51,692 nt of DNA from Candidatus Woesearchaeota archaeon (GTDB taxonomy: Archaea; Nanobdellota; Nanobdellia; SCGC-AAA011-G17; GW2011-AR17): NCBI GenBank assembly GCA_017608525.1, contig JAFCFS010000004.1, positions 1 through 51,692 on the forward strand, given 5' to 3'. Position numbers and translations under genes: made by a program. Below are positions 32,556 to 40,325 of the stretch, in pieces. Numbering within the stretch: the first letter of the stretch is position 1; each line of letters opens with the position of its first letter. The notes beneath the pieces were generated by a model. It was not told the origin of the DNA and made no database searches. It was given only the letters and a program-made list of their open reading frames with translations.

Positions 32556-32672
32556 GGGATCAAGAACAGCCGGGTGGAGGAGGTTGCAAGCAAGTTCACC
32601 TCCCTTGGGTGGAAGAAAACCTTCCCCCCCTCCAGCGTCATAGGCCAACACCTTTTTGGTGTTGGCCTTTTC
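32556..32672 (+). ncRNA. Unassigned GC-rich structured RNA candidate (about 100-115 nt)
   Basis: It is an island of about 60% GC in AT-rich intergenic DNA. Local helices include GGAGGT/ACCTCC, GGAAG/CTTCC and a 10-bp hairpin GGCCAACACC-TTTTT-GGTGTTGGCC followed by TTTTCTTC. A TTTTAAAT box lies about 25 nt upstream. It is not a tRNA, a 5S rRNA or an obvious C/D sRNA. I infer the strand only from the T-tract. Confidence 0.4.
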
Positions 32673-32735
32673 TTCTAACATCTTTTTTCTTTCAAACACA
32701 AAAGTTATATATTAATAAGTGATGAATTTTTTAGA

Positions 32736-33458
32736 ATGTACACTTTCAGATATCTTCCCTTAGAAAAAAGGATTTACTCATCATTTCAAAATAATTATCT
32801 TTCGAGTTTGGAAAAAGGATTTATCCCTGAATATTCAAAAATTTCTAGAAACATAGAAATTTCTTATGAAAAATGTGATAAGAAAGAGTACGAAAGTTCG
32901 AATTTCATAACACAACACGAGGAAAGCATCCATCATACATTTTTGCTTCCTTCATATGTGCTAAAACAATTCATTGGTAAAACAGAAAAAATTGAACATT
33001 ATGTTAAGAGAACATTCAGATTACTTATGGGGTTTGAGTTTCCAAAGAATATCATAATCAAGATTTGTTCAAAAGAAGAATTGAAATCTATATTTGAAAA
33101 AATTTCGAATGAGAAGTGGAGTGAAGGCATTTTAGGTTTTTCCATCAATAATCAAATACTAAATAAAATCTATATCATGGAAAATGATTTAGATAAGAAA
33201 CTTGAAGAAGCTAAGGCTTTTGCTTTTGAATTAGCTTGGGCAAGAATAATTGTGGAGCATGATATAGCATTTCTTAGCAAAGCAATTAAATTGTTCCCAA
33301 ACCCAGCAAAAAATGGAATTCATGATTCTGCTTTCGAATTTGTATTGGAAAAAATTAAGAAAGGAAAAAAACCAATGGAGATATACGAGGAGCTTGTAAG
33401 AAATGGAATAACTTTAGCGGATATTCTTGGATTTAAAAACTATAAAACTATACACTAA
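32736..33458 (+). CDS. Hypothetical protein (240 aa)
   Basis: The ORF has genome-typical composition and a TATA-like TTATATATT about 25 nt upstream. I recognise no motif. Confidence 0.45.
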   Translation: MYTFRYLPLEKRIYSSFQNNYLSSLEKGFIPEYSKISRNIEISYEKCDKKEYESSNFITQHEESIHHTFLLPSYVLKQFIGKTEKIEHYVKRTFRLLMGFEFPKNIIIKICSKEELKSIFEKISNEKWSEGILGFSINNQILNKIYIMENDLDKKLEEAKAFAFELAWARIIVEHDIAFLSKAIKLFPNPAKNGIHDSAFEFVLEKIKKGKKPMEIYEELVRNGITLADILGFKNYKTIH

Positions 33459-33461
33459 AAT

Positions 33462-33998
33462 TTAAGGCCTGTTTCCCCAAGAATCTATGTAAGTTAATGT
33501 TTCTATCTCCCTCCTTTTCATCTTGGTTATTTTTCTTTCAGCAGAATAACCCAATGTTATTATAGCTTCAGGCCTAACATCATCTGGAATGTTTAAAATT
33601 ATTCTTACTTCTTCCTCATCAAATGCACCAACCCAACAAGTGTCTAAACCAAGCTCTTTTGCCATCAGTAAAATATACGCCCCAAATATTGCACAATTTT
33701 GTATGCTATATAAATTTCTTCCTCTCTCACCGTATATTGCTTCAACATCACCTATTTTGTTGCATATAACTATATGTACTGGAGCAGTAGCCATCCACAT
33801 CTGCCCAAATGCTGCTTCTGCCAATTTTTCTCTCTTTTCTTTGTCAAAAACAACAACAAACCTCCAATTTTGAACATTTCCAGAAGATGGCGCATGTTTT
33901 GCTATAGCTAGTATTTCACCAACAACCTCTAATGGAACCTTCTTGTTTTGGTATCTTCTTATAGATCTTCTTTCTTTAATTGCATCAACCAGTTCCAT
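33462..33998 (-). CDS. Nitroreductase-family flavoprotein
   Basis: The motifs are AIKERRSIRRY, APSSGNVQNWRF and the length (178 aa). Confidence 0.8.
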   Translation of the reverse strand: MELVDAIKERRSIRRYQNKKVPLEVVGEILAIAKHAPSSGNVQNWRFVVVFDKEKREKLAEAAFGQMWMATAPVHIVICNKIGDVEAIYGERGRNLYSIQNCAIFGAYILLMAKELGLDTCWVGAFDEEEVRIILNIPDDVRPEAIITLGYSAERKITKMKRREIETLTYIDSWGNRP

Positions 33999-34035
33999 AA
34001 AAAAATTTAAAAGAATATGATATTTATAATTTTCT

Positions 34036-35955
34036 ATGGATTATATTAAGCTAGCTGAGTTATACGAAAAATTAGAAAGTACAACAAAAAGGTTGGAGAA
34101 AACTTATCTTCTATCAAAATTTTTAGAGAAAACAAAAAAAGAAGTACTCGATTATGTTATTTATTTGTTGCAAGGAAGGGTTTTTCCGCCGTGGGATGAA
34201 AGAGTTATAGGTTTTAGTTCTCAATTGATGCTTAGGGCAATCAGCAAAAGTACAGGAATAAGCATCAGAAAGGTTGAAGATTTATGGAGGAGAATTGGAG
34301 ACTTGGGAAACGTTGCTGAAAATTTGATAGGAAAGAAGAAGCAATCTACTTTATTTACAAAACACGTTACTGTTAAGAAAGTAGTTGATAACATAAGAAA
34401 ATTGGCTGAAATAACTGGTGTTGGAACAGTTGACAAAAAAATAAGTTTGGTTTCTGAATTGCTTACGTCTGCTAAGCCATTAGAGGCAAAATTTATTGTT
34501 AGAACTGTTCTTGAAGATCTAAGGACAGGTGTTGGCGAGGGAACTTTAAGAGATGCAATAGCATGGGCATTCTTACCAAAAATCATCGGAATTTTTTACC
34601 AATGTAATGAGTGCAAAGAATTTGTTCCGGCAGTTAAAAAATGTTTAAACTGCAATTCACAGATAGAATTAAATTTTAAAAAAGAAGTTGAAAAAAAATT
34701 TAAGGGTCTCAAAATACTAAAAGTTAAAAAAATCTCGGACTTGAAAAATTTGAAGAAATACGATCTTATTATTTGTAAAGATGAAAGGCTTGCTAGAGAT
34801 GTATATAACTACATAATTGAAGAACTGCAACATGCATATGATTTAACAACAGACTTTGGTGTTGTTGCTATAAAATTGATTGAAAAGGGATTAGAAGGCC
34901 TGAAAGAAATTTCTCTTGTCCCGGGAAAGCCAATAAAAGTTATGCTATACCAAAAAGCAGAGGACATAAAGGATGGATTTGAAACAGTTGGAAAGCCAGC
35001 AGCACTCGAATTTAAATACGATGGTTTTAGATTGGAGCTACATAGAAAAGGAGAAAAAATATGGTTGTTTACAAGAAGGCTTGAGGATGTTACAAAACAA
35101 TTTCCGGATGTTGTGAGCTATATTAAAAAAGCAATAAAGTCAAAAGATTTTATTTTAGATTGTGAAACCATAGGAATTGATCCGAAAACAGGGAGATGGC
35201 TTCCATTCCAGAATATATCACAAAGAATTAAAAGAAAATACGATATTCAAAAGATGGTAAAGGAAATTCCAGTAATGGTGAATATCTTCGATGCGATGGA
35301 GGTGGATGGAAAAAATTTACTTAACGTTCCATTTAAAGAAAGAAGAAAAATTCTGGAAAAGATTGTTAAACCGATAAAAGATAAAATTGGCTTAGCAGAA
35401 CAAATAATTACTTCAAGTGAAAAAGAGGCAAAAAAGTTTTTCCAAAAGGCACTTTCTTTAGGAAATGAAGGAATAATGATGAAAAATCTGAATGCAATTT
35501 ATAAGCCAGGAAGCAGAGTCGGATACGGGGTTAAAGTAAAGCCTGTTTTGGAAAGTTTAGATTTAGTAATTACGGGAGCAGAGTGGGGAAGAGGAAAGAG
35601 GGCTACTTGGCTCAGCAGTTTTGTTTTGGCCTGCAGAGATGAAGAAGGAAATCTTTTGGAGGTTGGGAAAGTAGGTACTGGGATAAAGGAAAAAGCTGAA
35701 GAGGGTGTAAGTTTTGAGCAGTTGACAAAAATACTAAAACCGCTTATAATTGGACAGAAAGGAAGAGAGGTTAGAGTTAAACCTGAAATTGTTGTTGAAG
35801 TAACGTATGGAGAAATTCAAAAAAGTCCAAGTTATTCTTCCGGCTATGCTTTAAGATTTCCAAGGGTTGTTAGGTTAAGAACAGACAGAACTGTTAATGA
35901 TATAACAACAATAGGAGAAATTCGCAATCTTTACAAAAAACAACACAAGAAATAA
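34036..35955 (+). CDS. lig: ATP-dependent DNA ligase with a roughly 70-aa Zn-ribbon-containing insertion
   Basis: Ligase motifs are the adenylation motif EFKYDGFRLELH, then FILDCETIG, GIMMKNL and GYGVKVKP. The insertion is YQCNECKEFVPAVKKCLNCNS... It lies between the DNA-binding domain (GVGEGTLRDAIAWAF) and the conserved AYDLTTDFG. Confidence 0.9.
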   Translation: MDYIKLAELYEKLESTTKRLEKTYLLSKFLEKTKKEVLDYVIYLLQGRVFPPWDERVIGFSSQLMLRAISKSTGISIRKVEDLWRRIGDLGNVAENLIGKKKQSTLFTKHVTVKKVVDNIRKLAEITGVGTVDKKISLVSELLTSAKPLEAKFIVRTVLEDLRTGVGEGTLRDAIAWAFLPKIIGIFYQCNECKEFVPAVKKCLNCNSQIELNFKKEVEKKFKGLKILKVKKISDLKNLKKYDLIICKDERLARDVYNYIIEELQHAYDLTTDFGVVAIKLIEKGLEGLKEISLVPGKPIKVMLYQKAEDIKDGFETVGKPAALEFKYDGFRLELHRKGEKIWLFTRRLEDVTKQFPDVVSYIKKAIKSKDFILDCETIGIDPKTGRWLPFQNISQRIKRKYDIQKMVKEIPVMVNIFDAMEVDGKNLLNVPFKERRKILEKIVKPIKDKIGLAEQIITSSEKEAKKFFQKALSLGNEGIMMKNLNAIYKPGSRVGYGVKVKPVLESLDLVITGAEWGRGKRATWLSSFVLACRDEEGNLLEVGKVGTGIKEKAEEGVSFEQLTKILKPLIIGQKGREVRVKPEIVVEVTYGEIQKSPSYSSGYALRFPRVVRLRTDRTVNDITTIGEIRNLYKKQHKK

Positions 35956-35977
35956 TCTAATTCTAAAAAATAAAAAG

Positions 35978-36100
35978 TCCCCGCGGCCGGATTCGAACCA
36001 GCGACCTTCCGGGTCCAGCTGTCCATTTGTCATTCACAGCTGGTTGCTTGGTCCAAATGGAATCTACAGCCGGATGCTCTAACCACTGAGCTACGCGGGG
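35978..36100 (-). tRNA. tRNA-Tyr (anticodon GUA) with a 50-nt anticodon-loop intron
   Basis: The acceptor CCCCGCG/CGCGGGG has C1:G72, the archaeal Tyr identity pair. The anticodon stem TCCGG/CCGGA is separated by 57 nt that start with CTGTAGA. The T arm is GCTGG-TTCGAAT-CCGGC. The total is 123 nt = 73 + 50. Confidence 0.85.
36014..36063 (-). other. Predicted intron of tRNA-Tyr (position 37/38, or 38/39)
   Basis: The segment is ATTCCATTTGGACCAAGCAACCAGCTGTGAATGACAAATGGACAGCTGGA. Two interleaved 8-bp complementarities are TCCATTTG/CAAATGGA and CCAGCTGT/ACAGCTGG. Confidence 0.6.
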
Positions 36101-36145
36101 CACACTTTTAAGAGAATTTTTTTATTTTTAAGATTTACTTTTATT

Positions 36146-37111
36146 TTAAATAAGTTTACCTTTACAAATTAATACACAATCTTCAAGATTTTGCTTTCTT
36201 TTTGCTATATAATTTTCCATTTCAATATAGGTATTCTTTGAATCAATAAAACATCCCTCGCCGCATACTTCGTTTAACCTACCAATTACATTCTTTGTTG
36301 CATAAAAATTATCATTTCCATTTACATTAGCAGCATTAACCACACAATGTTTGGCCATATAAAAATTGCCATCTCCTTCAATTTCCTCAATTGTTACTGC
36401 CAAATTCTCTGCCATTGTAAAGTTATAATTCCCACCAAGCTTTTTTCCTACTACAATTCCTTTATTAAGTAAAACACCAAGCTCAAAAGAATTGATGTAA
36501 TCTGAAATCAAGAAGGCATTTTTCGAATATGCTAAAAAACATTTTCCTTCTAAAAATTTTACATCTATGAAACAATTCTCTGTTGCAGCAAAATTAGATT
36601 CTCCACTAATCTTTTCGCAACTAACAATAATATTTTTTGATCCCCAAAATAAGTTAGAACCACAAAATTCGTCTGCTAAAAAAACCACTGCATCATTACA
36701 TTTTAAGGAGATTCCAAAACCATCAATTTCTATCTTTCCAAACTTCCTTAAGTCAAAAAATCTGTATCCATTTTCATAACAAACTTTTAATAAAGAAGAT
36801 ATTGCAAGACCAATATCATAGTTAGTAATACTATATTCTTTTCTTTTTGAGAAATTGATATACTCCTCTATAATTTTAGGTGTAATCTTTTTGTTTCTTA
36901 GAAACTTTGTGTACTCTTCAATATAATTTTCAAATCTTTTTAAATTCGGAAACAATTTGTTTTTTTCTATTCTATTTTTTTCAAAAAATCCGATAATTTC
37001 ATCAATACAGCCCTGTTCTGTTTCGACAATTATTGGTTTTTTCTCTAGAGAGGGCTTTTCAACATTTTTAAAAATTTTTTCCAGCGTTATTTTTTCTTCT
37101 TCCTCTGGCAT
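36146..37111 (-). CDS. Hypothetical protein: N-terminal alpha domain plus about 8 tandem 19-residue beta-solenoid-like repeats
   Basis: Repeats with G-x-x-N-F-x(4)-N periodicity are GSNLFWGSKN, GESNFAATEN, GGNYNFTMAEN, GDGNFYMAKH, GNDNFYATKN and GEGCFIDSKN. It lies downstream of kal on the same strand. The start is uncertain (37111 or 37141). Confidence 0.5.
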   Translation of the reverse strand: MPEEEEKITLEKIFKNVEKPSLEKKPIIVETEQGCIDEIIGFFEKNRIEKNKLFPNLKRFENYIEEYTKFLRNKKITPKIIEEYINFSKRKEYSITNYDIGLAISSLLKVCYENGYRFFDLRKFGKIEIDGFGISLKCNDAVVFLADEFCGSNLFWGSKNIIVSCEKISGESNFAATENCFIDVKFLEGKCFLAYSKNAFLISDYINSFELGVLLNKGIVVGKKLGGNYNFTMAENLAVTIEEIEGDGNFYMAKHCVVNAANVNGNDNFYATKNVIGRLNEVCGEGCFIDSKNTYIEMENYIAKRKQNLEDCVLICKGKLI

Positions 37112-37491
37112 TCTTTTGGAGTAACACAGACTCCTTCGCACTTTGCAACGAGAACTTTTTTTTCAAGGGCATCAAATGCAGATGGTTGATTCGGTATTTT
37201 TGCATTTGTTATGATTTTATACACTTCAAATTCCATATGTCTTGATGTATTCCCTACTTTAGTAATTCTTCCATAAACTTCCAAATAATCACCACCATAA
37301 ACAGGCTTTAAGTATTCTGTTTTTCTAGCCCTAAAAAGTCCTTCATCTCCATCATACTCTATCAAAAGTCTTGTTGCAGCATCGCCTATCAACTGATCTA
37401 TTCTACTTCCATCAACTAAATTTCCAGCGTAATGTGCTTCGTTAAATGCAATCCTTTGAACAAGCAAAAGCTTAAGTTTTTTCTTTCCCAT
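37087..37491 (-). CDS. kal: Hotdog-fold protein, probable 3-aminobutyryl-CoA ammonia-lyase
   Basis: It is about 134 aa from ATG 37491. The segment AHYAGNLVDGSRIDQLIGDAATRLLIEYDGDEGLF...YLKPVYGGDYLEVYGRITKVGNTS matches my memory of Kal and a hotdog fold. It lies immediately downstream of kce. Confidence 0.65.
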   Translation of the reverse strand: MGKKKLKLLLVQRIAFNEAHYAGNLVDGSRIDQLIGDAATRLLIEYDGDEGLFRARKTEYLKPVYGGDYLEVYGRITKVGNTSRHMEFEVYKIITNAKIPNQPSAFDALEKKVLVAKCEGVCVTPKECQRKKKK

Positions 37492-38308
37492 TTTCCAACC
37501 CCATGATTTTTCTTGCTTCATCCGGTGTTGCAACCTCTCTTCCATATTCTTTTGCTAGTCTAAAAATTCTTTTAACAAGTTCGTAACTTCCTTTTGCCAA
37601 TCTTCCTTTTGAATAATAAATATTATCTTCTAATCCAGTTCTTACGTGCCCTCCCATTATCAATGCACCAATATTTATTTTTAATTGATTTTTTCCAATT
37701 CCACTTGCAGTCCAGACAGAATTTTTCGGAAGTAAATCAACTATATGTATAAGTTGTTTTAAAGAAGCAGGCATGCCACCAAAAACTCCGAAGACGAGAT
37801 TATATAAGTAGGGCTTCTTGACCAATTTTTTCTTTATTAAATATTTCGATTGCTCTATCCCAGATGTATCAAAAATTTCAAATTCAGCTTTAACACCTTC
37901 CTTTTTCATTATTTTTGCAAATTCCACCATTGTTTCCAAATCATTAACAAATATTTCTTCCCCAAAATTCATTGTTCCTATATCAAGAGTTGCTATTTCG
38001 GGCTTTAGATAAACTGGTTGGATTCTTTCTTCAATAGACATTCCTATTGCTCCTCCTGTTGAAACATTAATTATTGGTTTTTCTTTGCAGACAGAATTTA
38101 TTGCACTTATTGCTTCTTTGAAAATTTCTATGTCTTGTGTTGGTTCTCCATTATCTTTTCTTACATGCAAATGAATTACTGATGCACCATTTTCCACACA
38201 CTTTTTTGCTTCATTTGCTATTTCTTCAATAGTGTACGGAATATATTTTGTTTGTTCTTTGAAAATTTCAGCTCCACAAATTGCCGCAGTTATAATTAAT
38301 TTTTCCAT
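37472..38308 (-). CDS. kce: 3-keto-5-aminohexanoate cleavage enzyme (BKACE/DUF849 family)
   Basis: The protein is 278 aa. It has the N-terminal LIITAAICGAE and the HLH zinc motif in VIHLHVRKDNGEPT, a TIM-barrel length and the family-typical GHVRTGLEDN. Confidence 0.85.
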   Translation of the reverse strand: MEKLIITAAICGAEIFKEQTKYIPYTIEEIANEAKKCVENGASVIHLHVRKDNGEPTQDIEIFKEAISAINSVCKEKPIINVSTGGAIGMSIEERIQPVYLKPEIATLDIGTMNFGEEIFVNDLETMVEFAKIMKKEGVKAEFEIFDTSGIEQSKYLIKKKLVKKPYLYNLVFGVFGGMPASLKQLIHIVDLLPKNSVWTASGIGKNQLKINIGALIMGGHVRTGLEDNIYYSKGRLAKGSYELVKRIFRLAKEYGREVATPDEARKIMGLENGKEKT

Positions 38309-38343
38309 GCCACATAATTATCTTGGAAAATGATTTATAAATT

Positions 38344-39249
38344 TTACTTAGAAACCTTCATTTCGTATTTTATAACAAAATAGTTTGAAAGTAAAATTAG
38401 AATTCCACCAATTATTATGTTTGTGGTTAAAGGTTGATTTAGGAAAAATGCAGCAATTAATGATGCACACACAGGTTCAAGCAATAAAATAATTCCACTT
38501 GTTGAAGCAGAAACGTTTTCTAGACCTTTATAAAGGCATAGATAAGGAATTAGGCTGGATACGATGGCATAAATAACCAAATAAAACCAAATGTTCCCGT
38601 AAAAAAAATTGAAAGTTAAATTTGTTTTAAAAGCAGAACGAGTTAAAAGATAGAAGATTAATATGAAACTGCAGTTAAAAAAGCAATAAAAAAATGTTGT
38701 TAATATAGGAGGGTGTTTTTCTAATCCATTTAATCTACCATAAAGAAGCCAAGCTCCCATAGCCATTGCACCTATAAGCGAAATAGATAATCCTAAGAGA
38801 TTAAACTTTTTTAAATTTGTTGGCCCTACCAAAATAGTTGCGCCTAACAAAACAATAAAGATAGAAAAAATTTTTGTTTTTGTTACACTCTGTTTAAGCA
38901 CAGCCTTTTCTAATAAAATTGCCCACAAAGGCTGTGTGTAAATAAGAAGAATAACTATTGCAATAGGAATTCCTAACTCTATTGGGATAAGCATTGCTAG
39001 CCTTACGATGCCTCCAAATAAACTCAAGAATAAAAAATATAGCAGCATCCTTTTAGAAAATCTAATTCTCTCTTTTATAATTAAAATTATTGTGTAAGGG
39101 AGAAGAAGAATAGTCGCTATGATTAATGGAAAGATTGCTACTCCATAAGCAGATAAACCTTTGTCCATCAAGAATTTTCCACCAGTTGTGAGTGTTCCAA
39201 AGAGGATTCCTGTTAAGATTACGTAAAAATAATGAATTTTTTTCATCAC
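38344..39249 (-). CDS. DMT-superfamily (EamA-like) transporter, about 10 TM segments
   Basis: The protein is 301 aa and very hydrophobic, with a two-fold internal repeat architecture typical of EamA. Confidence 0.7.
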   Translation of the reverse strand: MMKKIHYFYVILTGILFGTLTTGGKFLMDKGLSAYGVAIFPLIIATILLLPYTIILIIKERIRFSKRMLLYFLFLSLFGGIVRLAMLIPIELGIPIAIVILLIYTQPLWAILLEKAVLKQSVTKTKIFSIFIVLLGATILVGPTNLKKFNLLGLSISLIGAMAMGAWLLYGRLNGLEKHPPILTTFFYCFFNCSFILIFYLLTRSAFKTNLTFNFFYGNIWFYLVIYAIVSSLIPYLCLYKGLENVSASTSGIILLLEPVCASLIAAFFLNQPLTTNIIIGGILILLSNYFVIKYEMKVSK

Positions 39250-39306
39250 TAAGTAATTTTCTCAGAAAGTTTTTTAAAATTTCGAATTTCTCTAAATTTT
39301 AGAAAA

Positions 39307-40317
39307 ATGAAGTATGGTTGCCATAGAGTAATAAAACCAAAAGGAGTTTTTCCTCAAGCTGCTTATAAACTTGATAATACACCAAAAGCTTACGATGATG
39401 AAATTCTTATCCAAGTTGAAACCTTGAATATAGATTCGGCAAGTTTTAAGCAAATTAAAGATGAAGTTGGGGAGAAAGGTATAGCAAAAAGAATCATGGA
39501 AATTGTTGAAGAAAGAGGAAAAATGCACAACCCAGTAACGAATTCTGGAGGAATGCTAATTGGGAAAATAAAAGAAATTGGAAAAAGTTTAGAAGGAAAA
39601 ATAGATGCAAAGGTTGGTGATAGGATCGCTACATTAGTATCTTTGACTCTTACACCATTAAAATTGTACAGAATTAAAAAAATTAAAGGTGAGCAGATTG
39701 ATGTCGATGCATATGCCATATTATTTGAGAGTAGCATATTTGCAAAACTTCCTGAAGACATTGATGCTAAAGTTGCATTGGCTGCTTTAGATGTGGCAGG
39801 TGCAGCGCCTTTAGTTGGAAAGCTTGTTAAAGAAGGAGATACAGTTTTGATTTTAGGTGCCGGAAAATCAGGAATGCTGTGTACATATGAAGCCAGAAAA
39901 AGAACAAAGAATGGAAAGGTAATTGTTATGACAAGATCTAAAAAAAGTGCTGGTAGGATTAAATCTTTGGGTTATGCTGATTATGTTTTCAGAGCTGATG
40001 CAACAAATCCTTTAGAAGTTTTAGATAAAATTGAAAAAGTAACAAAAGGTGAATTATGCGATGTTGTTATAAATGCCGTTAATGCCTCTAATACAGAAAT
40101 GGCGAGTATAGTTTCGGCAAAGGATGGAGGAAAGATATGCTTTTTTTCAATGGCAACAAGCTTTCAAAAAGCAGCATTAGGGGCTGAAGGAATAGGAAAG
40201 GATGTTTATATGTTGATTGGTAATGGTTATTCAAAGGGGCATGCCGAGTATACATTAAATATACTAAGGGAAAGCAAACCATTAATGAAAGTTTTTAAGA
40301 AACTATACGGAAATTAA
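39307..40317 (+). CDS. kdd: L-erythro-3,5-diaminohexanoate dehydrogenase
   Basis: The N-terminus is GCHRVIKPKGVFPQAAYKLDN and the Rossmann motif is ILGAGKSGML. The protein is 336 aa and sits next to kamA. Confidence 0.8.
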   Translation: MKYGCHRVIKPKGVFPQAAYKLDNTPKAYDDEILIQVETLNIDSASFKQIKDEVGEKGIAKRIMEIVEERGKMHNPVTNSGGMLIGKIKEIGKSLEGKIDAKVGDRIATLVSLTLTPLKLYRIKKIKGEQIDVDAYAILFESSIFAKLPEDIDAKVALAALDVAGAAPLVGKLVKEGDTVLILGAGKSGMLCTYEARKRTKNGKVIVMTRSKKSAGRIKSLGYADYVFRADATNPLEVLDKIEKVTKGELCDVVINAVNASNTEMASIVSAKDGGKICFFSMATSFQKAALGAEGIGKDVYMLIGNGYSKGHAEYTLNILRESKPLMKVFKKLYGN

Positions 40318-40325
40318 TTTTAAAT

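Noticed and set aside
32537-32641. About 34-codon minus-strand ORF (MTLEGGKVFFHPREV...) inside the GC-rich element
   Set aside because: Its codon and GC usage is completely atypical for this genome and no RBS is present. The region is better explained by RNA secondary structure.
34582-34800. Intein in the DNA ligase
   Set aside because: The insert is only about 70 aa. It lacks a Cys/Ser/Thr at the N-junction with a His-Asn at the C-junction, and it lacks homing-endonuclease or Hint blocks. It is reported instead as a Zn-ribbon insertion.
35956-36145. tRNA-Tyr as an integration site marking the lysine cluster as a mobile island
   Set aside because: The cluster lies on the 5' side of the tRNA, whereas integrases usually target the 3' end. 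I saw no integrase and no direct repeat of the tRNA 3' half, and by eye no GC shift relative to flanking genes. Horizontal origin remains possible but is not supported by these signals.
39292-39528. 78-aa minus-strand ORF spanning the divergent promoter and the 5' end of kdd
   Set aside because: It is antisense to a confidently identified gene, runs through the promoter spacer and has a low-complexity F/N/I-rich translation.
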